Origin: Candidatus Latescibacterota bacterium
Lineage (GTDB): Bacteria; Latescibacterota; UBA2968
Assembly (NCBI GenBank): GCA_965204375.1
Contig: OZ241986.1
Location: forward strand, 2,400,001-2,464,000
DNA length: 64,000 bases
Direction: 5' to 3'
Made by a program: the position numbers and the translations under genes. Within the stretch, counting starts at the first letter, position 1, and each line of letters begins with the position of its first letter. This document shows, one piece after another, positions 9,688 through 19,486 of the stretch. The notes beneath the pieces were generated by a model that saw only the letters and a program-made list of their open reading frames with translations, was not told the DNA's origin and ran no database searches.

Positions 9688-10452
9688 ATGGGGCAGCATA
9701 TTTCTGAAGCACAGTGGGCAACATTTGAAGCACAGGGATATCTTCACCTGGGCAATGTGATGGACGATGGAGAACTGGAGGCATTACAGCAGCGAATAGA
9801 CGAGATCATGCTGGGCACGGCGTCTATCGACTACGATCATGTAATGATGCAACTGGATTCCGACCCCGAGAACGATGGAAAACCCGGTCCACAAAGCAAA
9901 GGACATAAATACACGACACTCGGGTATCGCAAAATTCAAAATTTGGAATTGGATCCCCTCTTTCTTTCATTTTTGCAAAAATCGCAATTTCGAGAAATCT
10001 GTGAACACATCTATGGCAAAAATACGCCAGTAGATTGTTTTCGGGCGATGTTCATGAACAAACCCGCACACGATGGCACCCCACTGGTATGGCATCAGGA
10101 CCGCTGGACGGATCTAACCCTCGATCCTCAAATCACGATATGGACGGCACTGGATCCCACATCCGTTGAAAACGGCTGTGTGAAAATTATTCCGGGATCG
10201 CACAACAAGTTGATAAATCCCGAACATGGCTCCGGATTTTTGACCGAAGAACACATCGAGACCATTGTATCCCAATACGAGCCAATCGATTTGATATTAG
10301 AAGCCGGCGACTCGGTTTTGCTCCACAACTGGATGCTGCACAGTTCGGGTATAAATACCACAGATATCGCGCGGCGTGCATTCAGCGTGTGTTATATGCA
10401 CGGTGACACGCGCTCATTGCGCGGCAACACCTTCACCCGTGTCTTTGGATAG
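9688..10452 (+). CDS. Phytanoyl-CoA dioxygenase (PhyH) family 2OG-Fe(II) oxygenase
   Basis: WHQD, W.ALD...ENGC...PGSH, H.SG.N....RR; AAGGAG RBS before ATG 9688. Confidence 0.85.
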   Translation: MGQHISEAQWATFEAQGYLHLGNVMDDGELEALQQRIDEIMLGTASIDYDHVMMQLDSDPENDGKPGPQSKGHKYTTLGYRKIQNLELDPLFLSFLQKSQFREICEHIYGKNTPVDCFRAMFMNKPAHDGTPLVWHQDRWTDLTLDPQITIWTALDPTSVENGCVKIIPGSHNKLINPEHGSGFLTEEHIETIVSQYEPIDLILEAGDSVLLHNWMLHSSGINTTDIARRAFSVCYMHGDTRSLRGNTFTRVFG

Positions 10453-10481
10453 ACGAATAGACGAATAGACGAATAGACGAA
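10449..10481. repeat. 8-bp tandem repeat (ACGAATAG) x~4
   Basis: atagacgaatagacgaatagacgaatagacgaa at the gene end. Confidence 0.8.
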
Positions 10482-10568
10482 CCCCGCCCAACCACCCATC
10501 TGTTTTCGTTGATTCGTTGATGAACTGGCCTGAGAGGCGGCCAGTTATACACCGTTCCGCTGATTTAT

Positions 10569-12302
10569 ATGTCAGAACCCATCGTTTTATTTGAATCGCA
10601 TCGCAAAGGTGCGAGTTTTCGTTTTTGCGACCCGTGCGATACCATTTGCGTATCACATCCCAAAGACGTTGGTCCCGCACTCGACCGCATTGAACGGGCT
10701 GTCCGTTCGGGATTACACGCAGCGGGATTTTTGTCTTATGAAGCCGCATCGGGCCTGGATCCCGTTTTAAAAACGCACGTACCGGGAGATTTTCCACTCA
10801 TGTGGTTCGGCCTGTTTCGGCATCGAGAACATATCCCTGTCGGAACACCGAATAGTGGAAACTACGATCTGGGTGCGTGGCACCCTTCTGTTTCGCGCAC
10901 TGCTTACGATACCGCCCTGAATCGCATTCAGGACCTCATCATTGCCGGCGATACCTATCAGGTTAATTACTCTTTTCGGCTCTGGTCAAATTTTTCGGGC
11001 AATAGCCTGAGCCTTTACCGCGATCTCTGCCGGGCGCAGCGCACGGATTATGCGGCGTATTTGGATATCGGACGTTTTCAAATCCTATCGGCTTCGCCCG
11101 AATTGTTTTTTTGTTTAAAAAACGGCGTCCTGACCGCGCGTCCGATGAAAGGCACTGCACCTCGGGGACGATGGTGGGAAGAAGACAAAACGCGTGCAAA
11201 ACAACTTCAGAAATCCGAGAAAGACCGCGCAGAAAATGTGATGATCGTCGATTTGCTGCGCAACGATTTGGGGCGCGTTTCAAATAGCGTGAAAGTGCCA
11301 ACACTATGGCAGGTCGAGCGTTATGAAACCCTGTTGCAGATGACCTCAACCGTAACATCGCGCATGCGTTGTGGCGTGGGGTTGCGCGAATTGGTGACCG
11401 CACTCTTCCCTTGCGGCTCTGTGACCGGTGCACCAAAAGTGCGCACCATGGAAATCATCAAAGAAGTAGAGCGTGCTCCGCGGGGAATTTATACTGGAAG
11501 CATTGGCTACCTGTCACCGGGGGGAGACATAACCTTTAATGTGGCGATTCGCACAGTCTGCATTGACCGCAAGACGGGCATTGCAGAATTTGGCGTGGGC
11601 AGTGGCATAACCTGCGATTCTTCAAGTGATGGCGAGTATGAAGAGTGTTTGACCAAAGCGCGCATGCTCGCCGATCAACAACCTGTTTTTGACCTGTTTG
11701 AAACCCTGCGATACGATGGCAAAAACGGGTTCTTTTTGATAGATCGTCATATAGATCGGATCGAAGCATCCGCGCGATATTTTGGATTTACTTTTGATCG
11801 GTCAAGCGTCCTATCTGCGCTCGAAAAAGCAGTATCGGGTCTGGAAACATCACACCAGGTGCGCCTTGTCCTATCGCGCAGGGGCTGTGTACAGGTCGAA
11901 ACTGTACCATTGAAAAATGCATCGCAAAATCGCGCACTTTCCGCCCGTATCTCATCGCTACCGGTTGACAGCTGCGATCCCCTATTATTTCACAAAACAA
12001 CGCGCCGCGAACCCTATACCACCCGCTTGAACATGTGCTCAACCTGTGAAGAAATCATTCTCATCAACGAACGCGGTGAAGCAACAGAATGCAGCATTGG
12101 CAATCTCGTCGCCAAATTGGATGGCCTATATGTAACACCTCCCATTTCCTGTGGGCTGTTGGGCGGCACCTTTCGCGCCGAATTATTATCGCGAGGCAAA
12201 GTTACGGAGCAAGTGTTAAAAGTAGATGATTTGAAACGCGCGGAGGTACTCTACATGATCAATTCTGTACGAAAATGGACAAGGCTTAAACTCATAGTTT
12301 AG
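10569..12302 (+). CDS. pabB: Aminodeoxychorismate synthase component I fused to a class IV aminotransferase/ADC lyase domain
   Basis: GDTYQVN, SASPELFF, PMKGT, ENVMIVDLLRND, FPCGSVTGAPK; C-terminal LFET..H..R, HKTT.R, CGLL.GT.R. Confidence 0.9.
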   Translation: MSEPIVLFESHRKGASFRFCDPCDTICVSHPKDVGPALDRIERAVRSGLHAAGFLSYEAASGLDPVLKTHVPGDFPLMWFGLFRHREHIPVGTPNSGNYDLGAWHPSVSRTAYDTALNRIQDLIIAGDTYQVNYSFRLWSNFSGNSLSLYRDLCRAQRTDYAAYLDIGRFQILSASPELFFCLKNGVLTARPMKGTAPRGRWWEEDKTRAKQLQKSEKDRAENVMIVDLLRNDLGRVSNSVKVPTLWQVERYETLLQMTSTVTSRMRCGVGLRELVTALFPCGSVTGAPKVRTMEIIKEVERAPRGIYTGSIGYLSPGGDITFNVAIRTVCIDRKTGIAEFGVGSGITCDSSSDGEYEECLTKARMLADQQPVFDLFETLRYDGKNGFFLIDRHIDRIEASARYFGFTFDRSSVLSALEKAVSGLETSHQVRLVLSRRGCVQVETVPLKNASQNRALSARISSLPVDSCDPLLFHKTTRREPYTTRLNMCSTCEEIILINERGEATECSIGNLVAKLDGLYVTPPISCGLLGGTFRAELLSRGKVTEQVLKVDDLKRAEVLYMINSVRKWTRLKLIV

Positions 12303-12311
12303 GAGATCTTT

Positions 12312-13493
12312 ATGTACCGCATCGGACACCCCGAAATCAAGCGCGTGGAAAAACTCCTGGAAAGCGGTGAAATTTTTCGCTATGGCAAGGGGGGAGAATG
12401 CGATCAGTTTGAAGCCGATTGGGGAAAGCGATTGGGCGGTTTGCAGGTCCGCATGACCACCAGCGGCACGACATCGCTCTATTGCGCCCTCATTGGCCTG
12501 AAAGTTGGACCGGGCGATTCGGTCATTGTGCCATCGTGTACGTATATGGCGACCGCACTCGCCGTTGTTGCCGCAGGAGCCATGCCCATTATTGCCGAAG
12601 TAGATGAATCAATCACCCTCTCGCCCAAAGATGTCGAACAAAAAATTGCCCCGCACACAAAAGCCATCATTCCCGTGCATATGTGGGGATTACCCTGTAA
12701 TATGGACGCGCTGATGGATATAGCAGAAAAACGCGGGATAAAAGTATTAGAAGATGCATGCCAGGCCGTAGGTGGTGGATACAAAGGGCGCGAACTCGGT
12801 TCCATCGGACATGCCGGGGCATTCAGTTTTAACTATTTCAAAAACATGACCAGCGGCGAAGGCGGCGCGTTTGTCTCTGCCGATGAATCTGTATTTCGGC
12901 GCGGATCAGTAGCAGCGGATTGTTGTTCTTATTACTGGAATCCCGACGAGCACCGCCCAGATGAACAATTTGCCGGATTGAATTTCAGAGCCACTGAAAT
13001 CTCGGGTGCCATTCTCAACGCACAACTCGAGCGCATCGACGAAATGCTGGATCGCATGCGCGGACACAAACGAACCCTGACAAAAGTGGGCGAAGACGCG
13101 GGCCTGACATCTATTACAAACAACAGTCTGGATTGCGAATGCGGCACCCATGTCGGCTTTATTTTCGATTCTGAAAAAAATGCTCGCGCCTTTGCCAAAC
13201 AGATATCGGAATCGAAAGGACGCGCCTTTTTGCCCATCGATACCGGGCGACACGTTTACACGCGATGGGATCCCATTATGCGGAAGCAGGGGGCACACCA
13301 TCCCGCGCTCGACCCATTTAATCTGCCGCAAAACAAGGCATTGAACATCGAATATTCAATGGACATGTGCCCCAAATCGCTGGATATTTTGAGCCGCGCA
13401 GTACTCATTGGCATGCACCCGGACAACGACCGGGAAAAAATAGATGAACTCGCAGACGCTATTCGGGATGCATCACAGGTCCTGAGTGCCTGA
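12312..13493 (+). CDS. DegT/DnrJ/EryC1/StrS-family aminotransferase
   Basis: SGT, VHM.G.P, EDACQA.G, FSFNYFKNMTSGEGG. Confidence 0.88.
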   Translation: MYRIGHPEIKRVEKLLESGEIFRYGKGGECDQFEADWGKRLGGLQVRMTTSGTTSLYCALIGLKVGPGDSVIVPSCTYMATALAVVAAGAMPIIAEVDESITLSPKDVEQKIAPHTKAIIPVHMWGLPCNMDALMDIAEKRGIKVLEDACQAVGGGYKGRELGSIGHAGAFSFNYFKNMTSGEGGAFVSADESVFRRGSVAADCCSYYWNPDEHRPDEQFAGLNFRATEISGAILNAQLERIDEMLDRMRGHKRTLTKVGEDAGLTSITNNSLDCECGTHVGFIFDSEKNARAFAKQISESKGRAFLPIDTGRHVYTRWDPIMRKQGAHHPALDPFNLPQNKALNIEYSMDMCPKSLDILSRAVLIGMHPDNDREKIDELADAIRDASQVLSA

Positions 13494-13525
13494 CGCTTCA
13501 CCTCCCTCACAACCTACAACAAAAT

Positions 13526-13562
13526 AATCCGTGAAATCCGCGTAATCCGTATAATCCGCGAT
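13526..13562. repeat. 9-bp degenerate tandem repeat (AATCCGyGw) x4
   Basis: aatccgtga aatccgcgt aatccgtat aatccgcga. Confidence 0.75.
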
Positions 13563-13581
13563 CAACAAAGGAGATTCTGGC

Positions 13582-14205
13582 ATGAAAATACAATGGATGT
13601 TGATTCTGATTTTAACCCTGAGTAGCAGCGTATTGGCTGCGCCGAGCAAACCCGCACCTCGCAAACCGAAAGAAGGCCAAAACGAAGCCGCGATCCGTCA
13701 CCACAAAGAAGGCTTGCGCCACCGGGATGCGGCCTGGGTCTATGAAGAAAAAATGTCGGGCACAGAAGGCGAAGAGCGAGAAACGTACGCGCGGTTTATC
13801 CAGGACCTGTACAATCGCGCACTGGGAGAGTTTGCGAAAGCGACCGAGCAGGACTCAACGTATTACCAGGCATTTAGCAGTTTGGGATATGTCAAGCGCA
13901 AAACCGGAGATATGGACGGAGCAATGGCAGCGTACAATCGCGCTTTGACATTAAATCCAAACTATGCAGAAGCCATTGAATATCGCGCAGAAGCGTATTT
14001 GATCATGGGACAGGTGGAAAAAATGAAAAAAGCTTATGGGGTATTGGCCGCCCTGAACCGCCCTCACGCAGCGCGATTGTTGACCTTTGTAACACAATGG
14101 GCAGATAGCGCAACCGATGCAGATATGGCGACCTCTTTGCGGACATGGGCATCTGAACAAAAAGAAAAACTCGGCGAGGTAAAAACATTTGTCGAGAAGT
14201 GGTGA
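13582..14205 (+). CDS. Exported TPR protein
   Basis: Signal peptide; AFSSLGY..RK.G....A...Y..AL.LNP.YAEA.EY TPR units. Confidence 0.75.
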   Translation: MKIQWMLILILTLSSSVLAAPSKPAPRKPKEGQNEAAIRHHKEGLRHRDAAWVYEEKMSGTEGEERETYARFIQDLYNRALGEFAKATEQDSTYYQAFSSLGYVKRKTGDMDGAMAAYNRALTLNPNYAEAIEYRAEAYLIMGQVEKMKKAYGVLAALNRPHAARLLTFVTQWADSATDADMATSLRTWASEQKEKLGEVKTFVEKW

Positions 14206-14206
14206 T

Positions 14207-14237
14207 CCGCAGATGAACGCAGATGAACGCAGATGAA
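14207..14237. repeat. 10-bp tandem repeat family copy 2 (AGATGAACGC)x3
   Basis: Reverse complement of the unit at 246-276. Confidence 0.8.
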
Positions 14238-14260
14238 AGGCGAGGGACTGGGTGAACTGA

Positions 14261-14974
14261 CTAAAAACTCCAGACTAATGAAGTAATCAAACCAATAAAA
14301 CCGCCGAAAACCCCGCCCCAAACGACCAGCCAGCCCAGATGTTTGTGAATCATATCCTGGACAATGGTCTTAACCATTTCGGGCGTCAACTCGTTTAGAC
14401 GCTGCATAACAATGGCGTCAACCTTATCAATCATTTCGTCCGCATAACTCGCGGTATTCAACCCTCTCTGGATGGCATCGAGAAATTTGGGGGAGGATAG
14501 CAAAAGGCGGATTTCTACCTGGACTTTTTCGACAAAAGGATCTCTGAGAGGCTGCAATGCCGCTGCACCGCCGAACATATTGATCACGCTGCCAAAAGGA
14601 GAAGTCATAACAGCCTCCATCAGGCGGCTGAAGATGCGGTCGCAGTCAACGGCCTCAATAACGGGATCGGCATCGAATTCATCTGGGATTTTTTGTTCGG
14701 CGAGAAATTTTTTAACATTTTCAATGGTAAAGAACTGATTCATAATCAAAGCGTGGATACCCGTCTTAAATTCTTCGAACCGGCTCGGCACAACGCCAGA
14801 ACCGTATAGTCCCGGCACTTTCTCAAAAAGCATGTGAACCGCCAACCAGTTGGTCAGGGCACCTGACGTTGCAAAAAGGCCAACCGCGAGCAAATGGTCG
14901 GAATAAACAGGACTGACATAACCCACACCGATCAGGCTGACCGCGAGCAGATTTGTCACAAGACTTTTATTCAT
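14261..14974 (-). CDS. DUF445 family membrane protein
   Basis: GALTNWLAVHMLFEKVPGLYGSGV; C-terminal HLGWLVVWGGVFGG. Confidence 0.85.
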   Translation of the reverse strand: MNKSLVTNLLAVSLIGVGYVSPVYSDHLLAVGLFATSGALTNWLAVHMLFEKVPGLYGSGVVPSRFEEFKTGIHALIMNQFFTIENVKKFLAEQKIPDEFDADPVIEAVDCDRIFSRLMEAVMTSPFGSVINMFGGAAALQPLRDPFVEKVQVEIRLLLSSPKFLDAIQRGLNTASYADEMIDKVDAIVMQRLNELTPEMVKTIVQDMIHKHLGWLVVWGGVFGGFIGLITSLVWSF

Positions 14975-15009
14975 AATGGCGTCCTTACAGGGAGCGAGCG
15001 GGAAAAATC

Positions 15010-16086
15010 TCAAGCGTGGAGATAAGAAAACAAAGAGGCAATCAGATTGTCAAAAACGCTCAGACGACAAACCTCATATCCGTGAGAATTTTCTCGCGGA
15101 TACCCAATAGTTCCAGCCCGGGGTGCCTGGCCCGTCTGAAGAACGCCCGAGGCATCGGACGCCGCGCGATCGTACACGGCGTATTGCAACTCTGTACCCG
15201 CGCGTTGTGCCGCTGCCGAGAGATCGGCAATCAGACCCTGATCGAAATGCATCTGGCTATCTCTTGACCAGACCGCCGGACGACCATCGAGTTGAAGTTG
15301 CTGGTTACGCGGCATGGGAGCAGAATCAACCGCGATAAAAATTTCGACCGGGTTGCGCGCAGTCCAGCCGCGTGCCCCAATCAATCCGGTCTCTTCCTGA
15401 ACGAGAAAACACAAACAGGTCGTGCGATTGGGTATTGTCTTTTCCTCCGCAACGCGCTGAAGCAGGCGCAGAAGGGTGAGACTCCCGCCCCGGTTATCAA
15501 ATAACCACGCTGAAATGAGCGGATCGTCGGGCGGGCCAAAAAAATGAGGGCCTCGCACGCCGGCCACTGGTACAGCAGTTGAGCCAACGCGCACACCTGC
15601 GCGGGAGAGTTGATCGGGTGTCAGACCTGTGAGCAAATGACAATAGGGCCAGGTAATACCGCTTTGCCCCGTTGCAAATTGCGTGTTGGGATCCGACGGA
15701 TCAGTCGTATGCGTAGAACCAAAACAGAGGTGTGCCGGAACCGTCTCTGCCCCATCTGAAATGATCTCAACAGGGCATTCACCGATTTTCCAAGGATGCA
15801 ACCCACCGCTCGGACGCACCTGCAACGTACCATCGGCATTAATCTCGGTAATCACCATCGCGAGTTCATCCATGTGACTCGCAAGCGCGACACGCCCCAA
15901 ATCGGGCTCTTGCCCGGGGACTTCCACCCAAACATTGCCCTGCTGGTCTTGTTTCGGCGCATGCCCCAAAGCGGCAATGCGATCCATGATAAAACGGGCC
16001 ATTCGTTCTTCGCGGCCCGATGGCGCGGGAACGCGCAAAAGATCTGACAGCAGAAATACATTGGGATCATCTTGAGGATAGGACAT
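15010..16086 (-). CDS. M42-family metallopeptidase/hydrolase
   Basis: PSGRE, SHMDEL, FDNR, QEE.G..GA, D, H.YE metal ligands. Confidence 0.85.
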   Translation of the reverse strand: MSYPQDDPNVFLLSDLLRVPAPSGREERMARFIMDRIAALGHAPKQDQQGNVWVEVPGQEPDLGRVALASHMDELAMVITEINADGTLQVRPSGGLHPWKIGECPVEIISDGAETVPAHLCFGSTHTTDPSDPNTQFATGQSGITWPYCHLLTGLTPDQLSRAGVRVGSTAVPVAGVRGPHFFGPPDDPLISAWLFDNRGGSLTLLRLLQRVAEEKTIPNRTTCLCFLVQEETGLIGARGWTARNPVEIFIAVDSAPMPRNQQLQLDGRPAVWSRDSQMHFDQGLIADLSAAAQRAGTELQYAVYDRAASDASGVLQTGQAPRAGTIGYPRENSHGYEVCRLSVFDNLIASLFSYLHA

Positions 16087-16244
16087 AGAACATCACCTTT
16101 TCGTTTCAGGATTTTTAACGACCATTAAGAATACGCTGGCGTGTACAATTTATCAAGTGCTTTCAAAATTCCTGAAGCCCTTTTGACGATTTATACGTCC
16201 AATGATTTGACATAAAATCTTACCCCCTTCCGCGTGAGAAAACC

Positions 16245-19200
16245 ATGAACCGCCAATCCGCCCTGTTACCGCGCATCTCAGTAAATCGCCCCGTTACGGT
16301 TGCGATGTGCCTGGTCGCGTTATTACTGGTGGGTATTATGGCCTATTTCCGCGTACCGGTGAAATTTTTCCCATCGGGATTTACACCGGCTTTTTTATAT
16401 GTAGATATTGAATACAATCACCGCAACGCCTCGCCCCAGGAAGCCGAACAACAAATCGCCCATCCGCTGGAAGAACAGTTGCGCGCAGTAAAGGGAATAA
16501 AGAAAATTCGCACGTACAGCGCGTCTTACGGCGTGGATGCGCCCATTGAATTCCAGCCCGATACAGATATGGTCCTGGCTTATAATCAGGTGGTTGACCG
16601 CCTCGAACGTCTCAAATTAGAATTGCCAGAAGATGTGCGCGATCAAGTCTATGTGTATAAATTCAATGTAGATAGCTGGTCCATTATGTGGGCGGGTGTC
16701 TCTCTGGATCCATCCATTACCGATCCCCATAAGTTCTTAAACCTGCATGTGAAACGGCGTTTGGAACGGGTCGAGGGTGTGGGCAGAGTCAGCTTTTGGG
16801 GTGTGGATGAAAAAGAAATCATGATTGAACTCAGCCACGAGCGATTGATGACCCGGGGGGTGGATTTGGGAACGGTGGTGCAATCGCTGCGATCGGACAA
16901 CTTCGCGCTTTCGGTCGGGCATGTGCGCGAAGGCGGCAAGCGATTTTTCGTGCGATCACTCGCCAAATATCAAAGTATAGATGAAATCAAAAATATCCTC
17001 ATCCGCACCCCCCAGAGCGAAGTCCGCCTCGGAGATATATCAGACGTAGTTTACGATATCCCTGGACGGTCCTGGTATCAGCGCATTGATGGACGAGAAG
17101 CCGTATCAATCGCAATTTATCAAGAATCAGGTGCCAATATTGTAGAAGTATGCGCGCGCGTGGTAGCTGCCTTGCAAGAGATCGAAAACGATCCGCTAAT
17201 GGGGAAACAGATCGCTTTTAATGTATTTTTTAATCAGGGCGAATACATCAACGATTCGATTCGCAATTTGGAAACCACAGGACTTTGGGGCGGGCTATTT
17301 GCCGCGATGGTCTTACTATTCTTTTTGCGAACAGTGCGGATGACGGCGATTATCACCCTATCTATCCCTCTGTGTGTGATGATCACAATTACGGCACTTT
17401 ATTTTCTCGGCTGGTCACTCAATGTCCTGACCATGATGGGACTGATGGTGGGCGTGGGGATGGTGGTCGATAATGCCATTGTGATCCTGGAAAATATCTA
17501 TCGCATGCGCGGCAAAGGGCTGCCCACAAAAGAAGCGGCCATCGCAGGTGCCGGCGAAGTCGGGCTGGCGATCACCATGGCGACGCTGACAACCGTTGTG
17601 GTATTTTTGCCGCTGATGCTGATGAGTGGCAGTGTAGAACTGACCTTTTTCCTCGCGCGTATTGGCGTTCCGGTTGTGGTCGCACTTGTTGGATCGCTAT
17701 TTGTGGCACTTATTTTTATTCCTCAGGCGGCATTGCGTTTTGGCGGTTCCCAGGTCAAATCCGACCCCGCGATCATTCAACGCATGCGCCATTATTACGC
17801 GCGCATGCTAAACTGGACGCTCGCCCATCGGCGCGATGCATTTTTGATCGCCCTCGTCCTGCTCGGAAGCATCAGCTATCCGATGAACGAACTCAAACGC
17901 GGCGACTCAGACGGCAGCATGCTCAACGATTTTCGCATCGAGTTTAGTTTTCCAAAGGATTTTAGCATTCGAGATGCCAGCGACACAATCGCAGAAGTCG
18001 AGGATTTTTTGGAGCCTCGTCGAGAGAAATACGGGATTGAAACCATGCGCGTGTGGTTCAGATCTACGTATGGCTCCATTCACGTCTTTCTGAAAAAGAC
18101 CGATGAGACGTGGTGGCAGACAACCTATAAATCCGTACGCACATTGATCGGTATTCCCATACAACAGCACTTACCGCGCAACGCCGTCATCGAAGACATG
18201 AAAAAGCATGCCCCCCAATTTGTAGGCGTCAAAGTAGCTGTACAGGGGCAAGGCAGGAGCGGTAGCGAAGGCGGCGATTCATCCATATCACTCATGCTCT
18301 ATGGGGATAATGTCGATGTACTCGCGGATCTGGTGGAAGAGGTTGAGCGACGGCTGAGAAATATCCCTTCGGTCATAAGCGTAGATTCCGACCTGGAACG
18401 CGCCAATGATGAAGTACAGGTCATTATCGACCGGGAACGCGCACAAAAATTTGGACTCGTAGCGCGAGACGTGGGGCGCAGCATTGGTTTCGCGCTCCAG
18501 GGCGTACAATTGCCCTATCTCCAGTCTGACAACCACGAAATCAGAGTGCGATTGTATTTGGAAAAATTGAATCAGCAAACACTGCAACGCCTGAAGCGTT
18601 TGACTTTTCCGTCTGAAACGGGCGCACAGGTTTCATTGCTGGACTTTGCCACCCTGCGCGTAGATCAAGGACGCGGCACCATCAGGCGAGAAGATGGCAA
18701 AACGCGGTTGCGGGTGCGGGCTTTCACTACCGAAGAAGATATCAAAGAACTGTATGGAGAAATTGACCGCGCAATGGAAGGATTTGAGATGCCGCGCGGT
18801 TATACCTGGGACAAAGGAGAAAGATATTCCAAGCTGCGGGAAGAAGATTATACCATGTATTTTGCCGCGATTATGGCTGTGACCTGCGTATTCCTTTTAA
18901 TGGGCGTTTTGTTCGAGTCTTTTATCCTGCCATTTTCCGTTTTGTTTTCCATCCCCTTTGCCCTTCTGGGAGTTTATTGGACGCTATTTGCGACCCAAAC
19001 ACCTATGGCCGGGTTGGCCATGGTGGGTATAATTGTACTCATCGGTGTGGTCGTCAACAACGCGATTGTACTGGTCGATATGGTGAATCGCCTGCGCGCA
19101 GAAGGCCTGAATCGAACGGCCGCAATCATGGAGGCGGGTGCAAATCGCTTTCGCCCCATTATGATGACGACATTTACAACCGTCTGTGGCCTTTTGCCAA

Positions 19201-19418
19201 TGGCTTTGGGAAGCAGTAAAGTTTTGGGACAGCCCTATGCACCTATGGGATTCACCATGATCGGCGGCCTGCTCTCTTCGACCCTGCTCACCCTGCTACT
19301 CGTCCCCCTGTTTTACACATTTTTAGATGACTTGCGCTCAGCTCTCAAAAGGCTGACAAATAGTGCCCTCAACGCGCTGAAAATTGGCGATACACAGGCG
19401 GCGGACATGGCGGATTAA
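16245..19418 (+). CDS. RND efflux permease, AcrB/AcrD/AcrF family
   Basis: 1057 aa; RPV, GMVVDNAIVILENI, GVVVNNAIVLVD, R.RPIMMTT. Confidence 0.9.
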   Translation: MNRQSALLPRISVNRPVTVAMCLVALLLVGIMAYFRVPVKFFPSGFTPAFLYVDIEYNHRNASPQEAEQQIAHPLEEQLRAVKGIKKIRTYSASYGVDAPIEFQPDTDMVLAYNQVVDRLERLKLELPEDVRDQVYVYKFNVDSWSIMWAGVSLDPSITDPHKFLNLHVKRRLERVEGVGRVSFWGVDEKEIMIELSHERLMTRGVDLGTVVQSLRSDNFALSVGHVREGGKRFFVRSLAKYQSIDEIKNILIRTPQSEVRLGDISDVVYDIPGRSWYQRIDGREAVSIAIYQESGANIVEVCARVVAALQEIENDPLMGKQIAFNVFFNQGEYINDSIRNLETTGLWGGLFAAMVLLFFLRTVRMTAIITLSIPLCVMITITALYFLGWSLNVLTMMGLMVGVGMVVDNAIVILENIYRMRGKGLPTKEAAIAGAGEVGLAITMATLTTVVVFLPLMLMSGSVELTFFLARIGVPVVVALVGSLFVALIFIPQAALRFGGSQVKSDPAIIQRMRHYYARMLNWTLAHRRDAFLIALVLLGSISYPMNELKRGDSDGSMLNDFRIEFSFPKDFSIRDASDTIAEVEDFLEPRREKYGIETMRVWFRSTYGSIHVFLKKTDETWWQTTYKSVRTLIGIPIQQHLPRNAVIEDMKKHAPQFVGVKVAVQGQGRSGSEGGDSSISLMLYGDNVDVLADLVEEVERRLRNIPSVISVDSDLERANDEVQVIIDRERAQKFGLVARDVGRSIGFALQGVQLPYLQSDNHEIRVRLYLEKLNQQTLQRLKRLTFPSETGAQVSLLDFATLRVDQGRGTIRREDGKTRLRVRAFTTEEDIKELYGEIDRAMEGFEMPRGYTWDKGERYSKLREEDYTMYFAAIMAVTCVFLLMGVLFESFILPFSVLFSIPFALLGVYWTLFATQTPMAGLAMVGIIVLIGVVVNNAIVLVDMVNRLRAEGLNRTAAIMEAGANRFRPIMMTTFTTVCGLLPMALGSSKVLGQPYAPMGFTMIGGLLSSTLLTLLLVPLFYTFLDDLRSALKRLTNSALNALKIGDTQAADMAD

Positions 19419-19453
19419 AAAGGTGAGACGTAAAAGGTAAGACGTAAAACTCG

Positions 19454-19484
19454 AAACGCACCCACGGCGCAGGTGGGTGCGTTT
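19454..19484. terminator. Hairpin terminator between convergent genes
   Basis: Perfect 12-bp stem aaacgcacccac / gtgggtgcgttt; preceded by a duplicated aaaaggtragacgt unit (19418-19449). Confidence 0.75.
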
Positions 19485-19486
19485 AT

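Noticed and set aside
136-19449. Repeat arrays as CRISPR
   Set aside because: Units are 7-14 bp and contiguous, with no unique spacers; no cas genes in the window.
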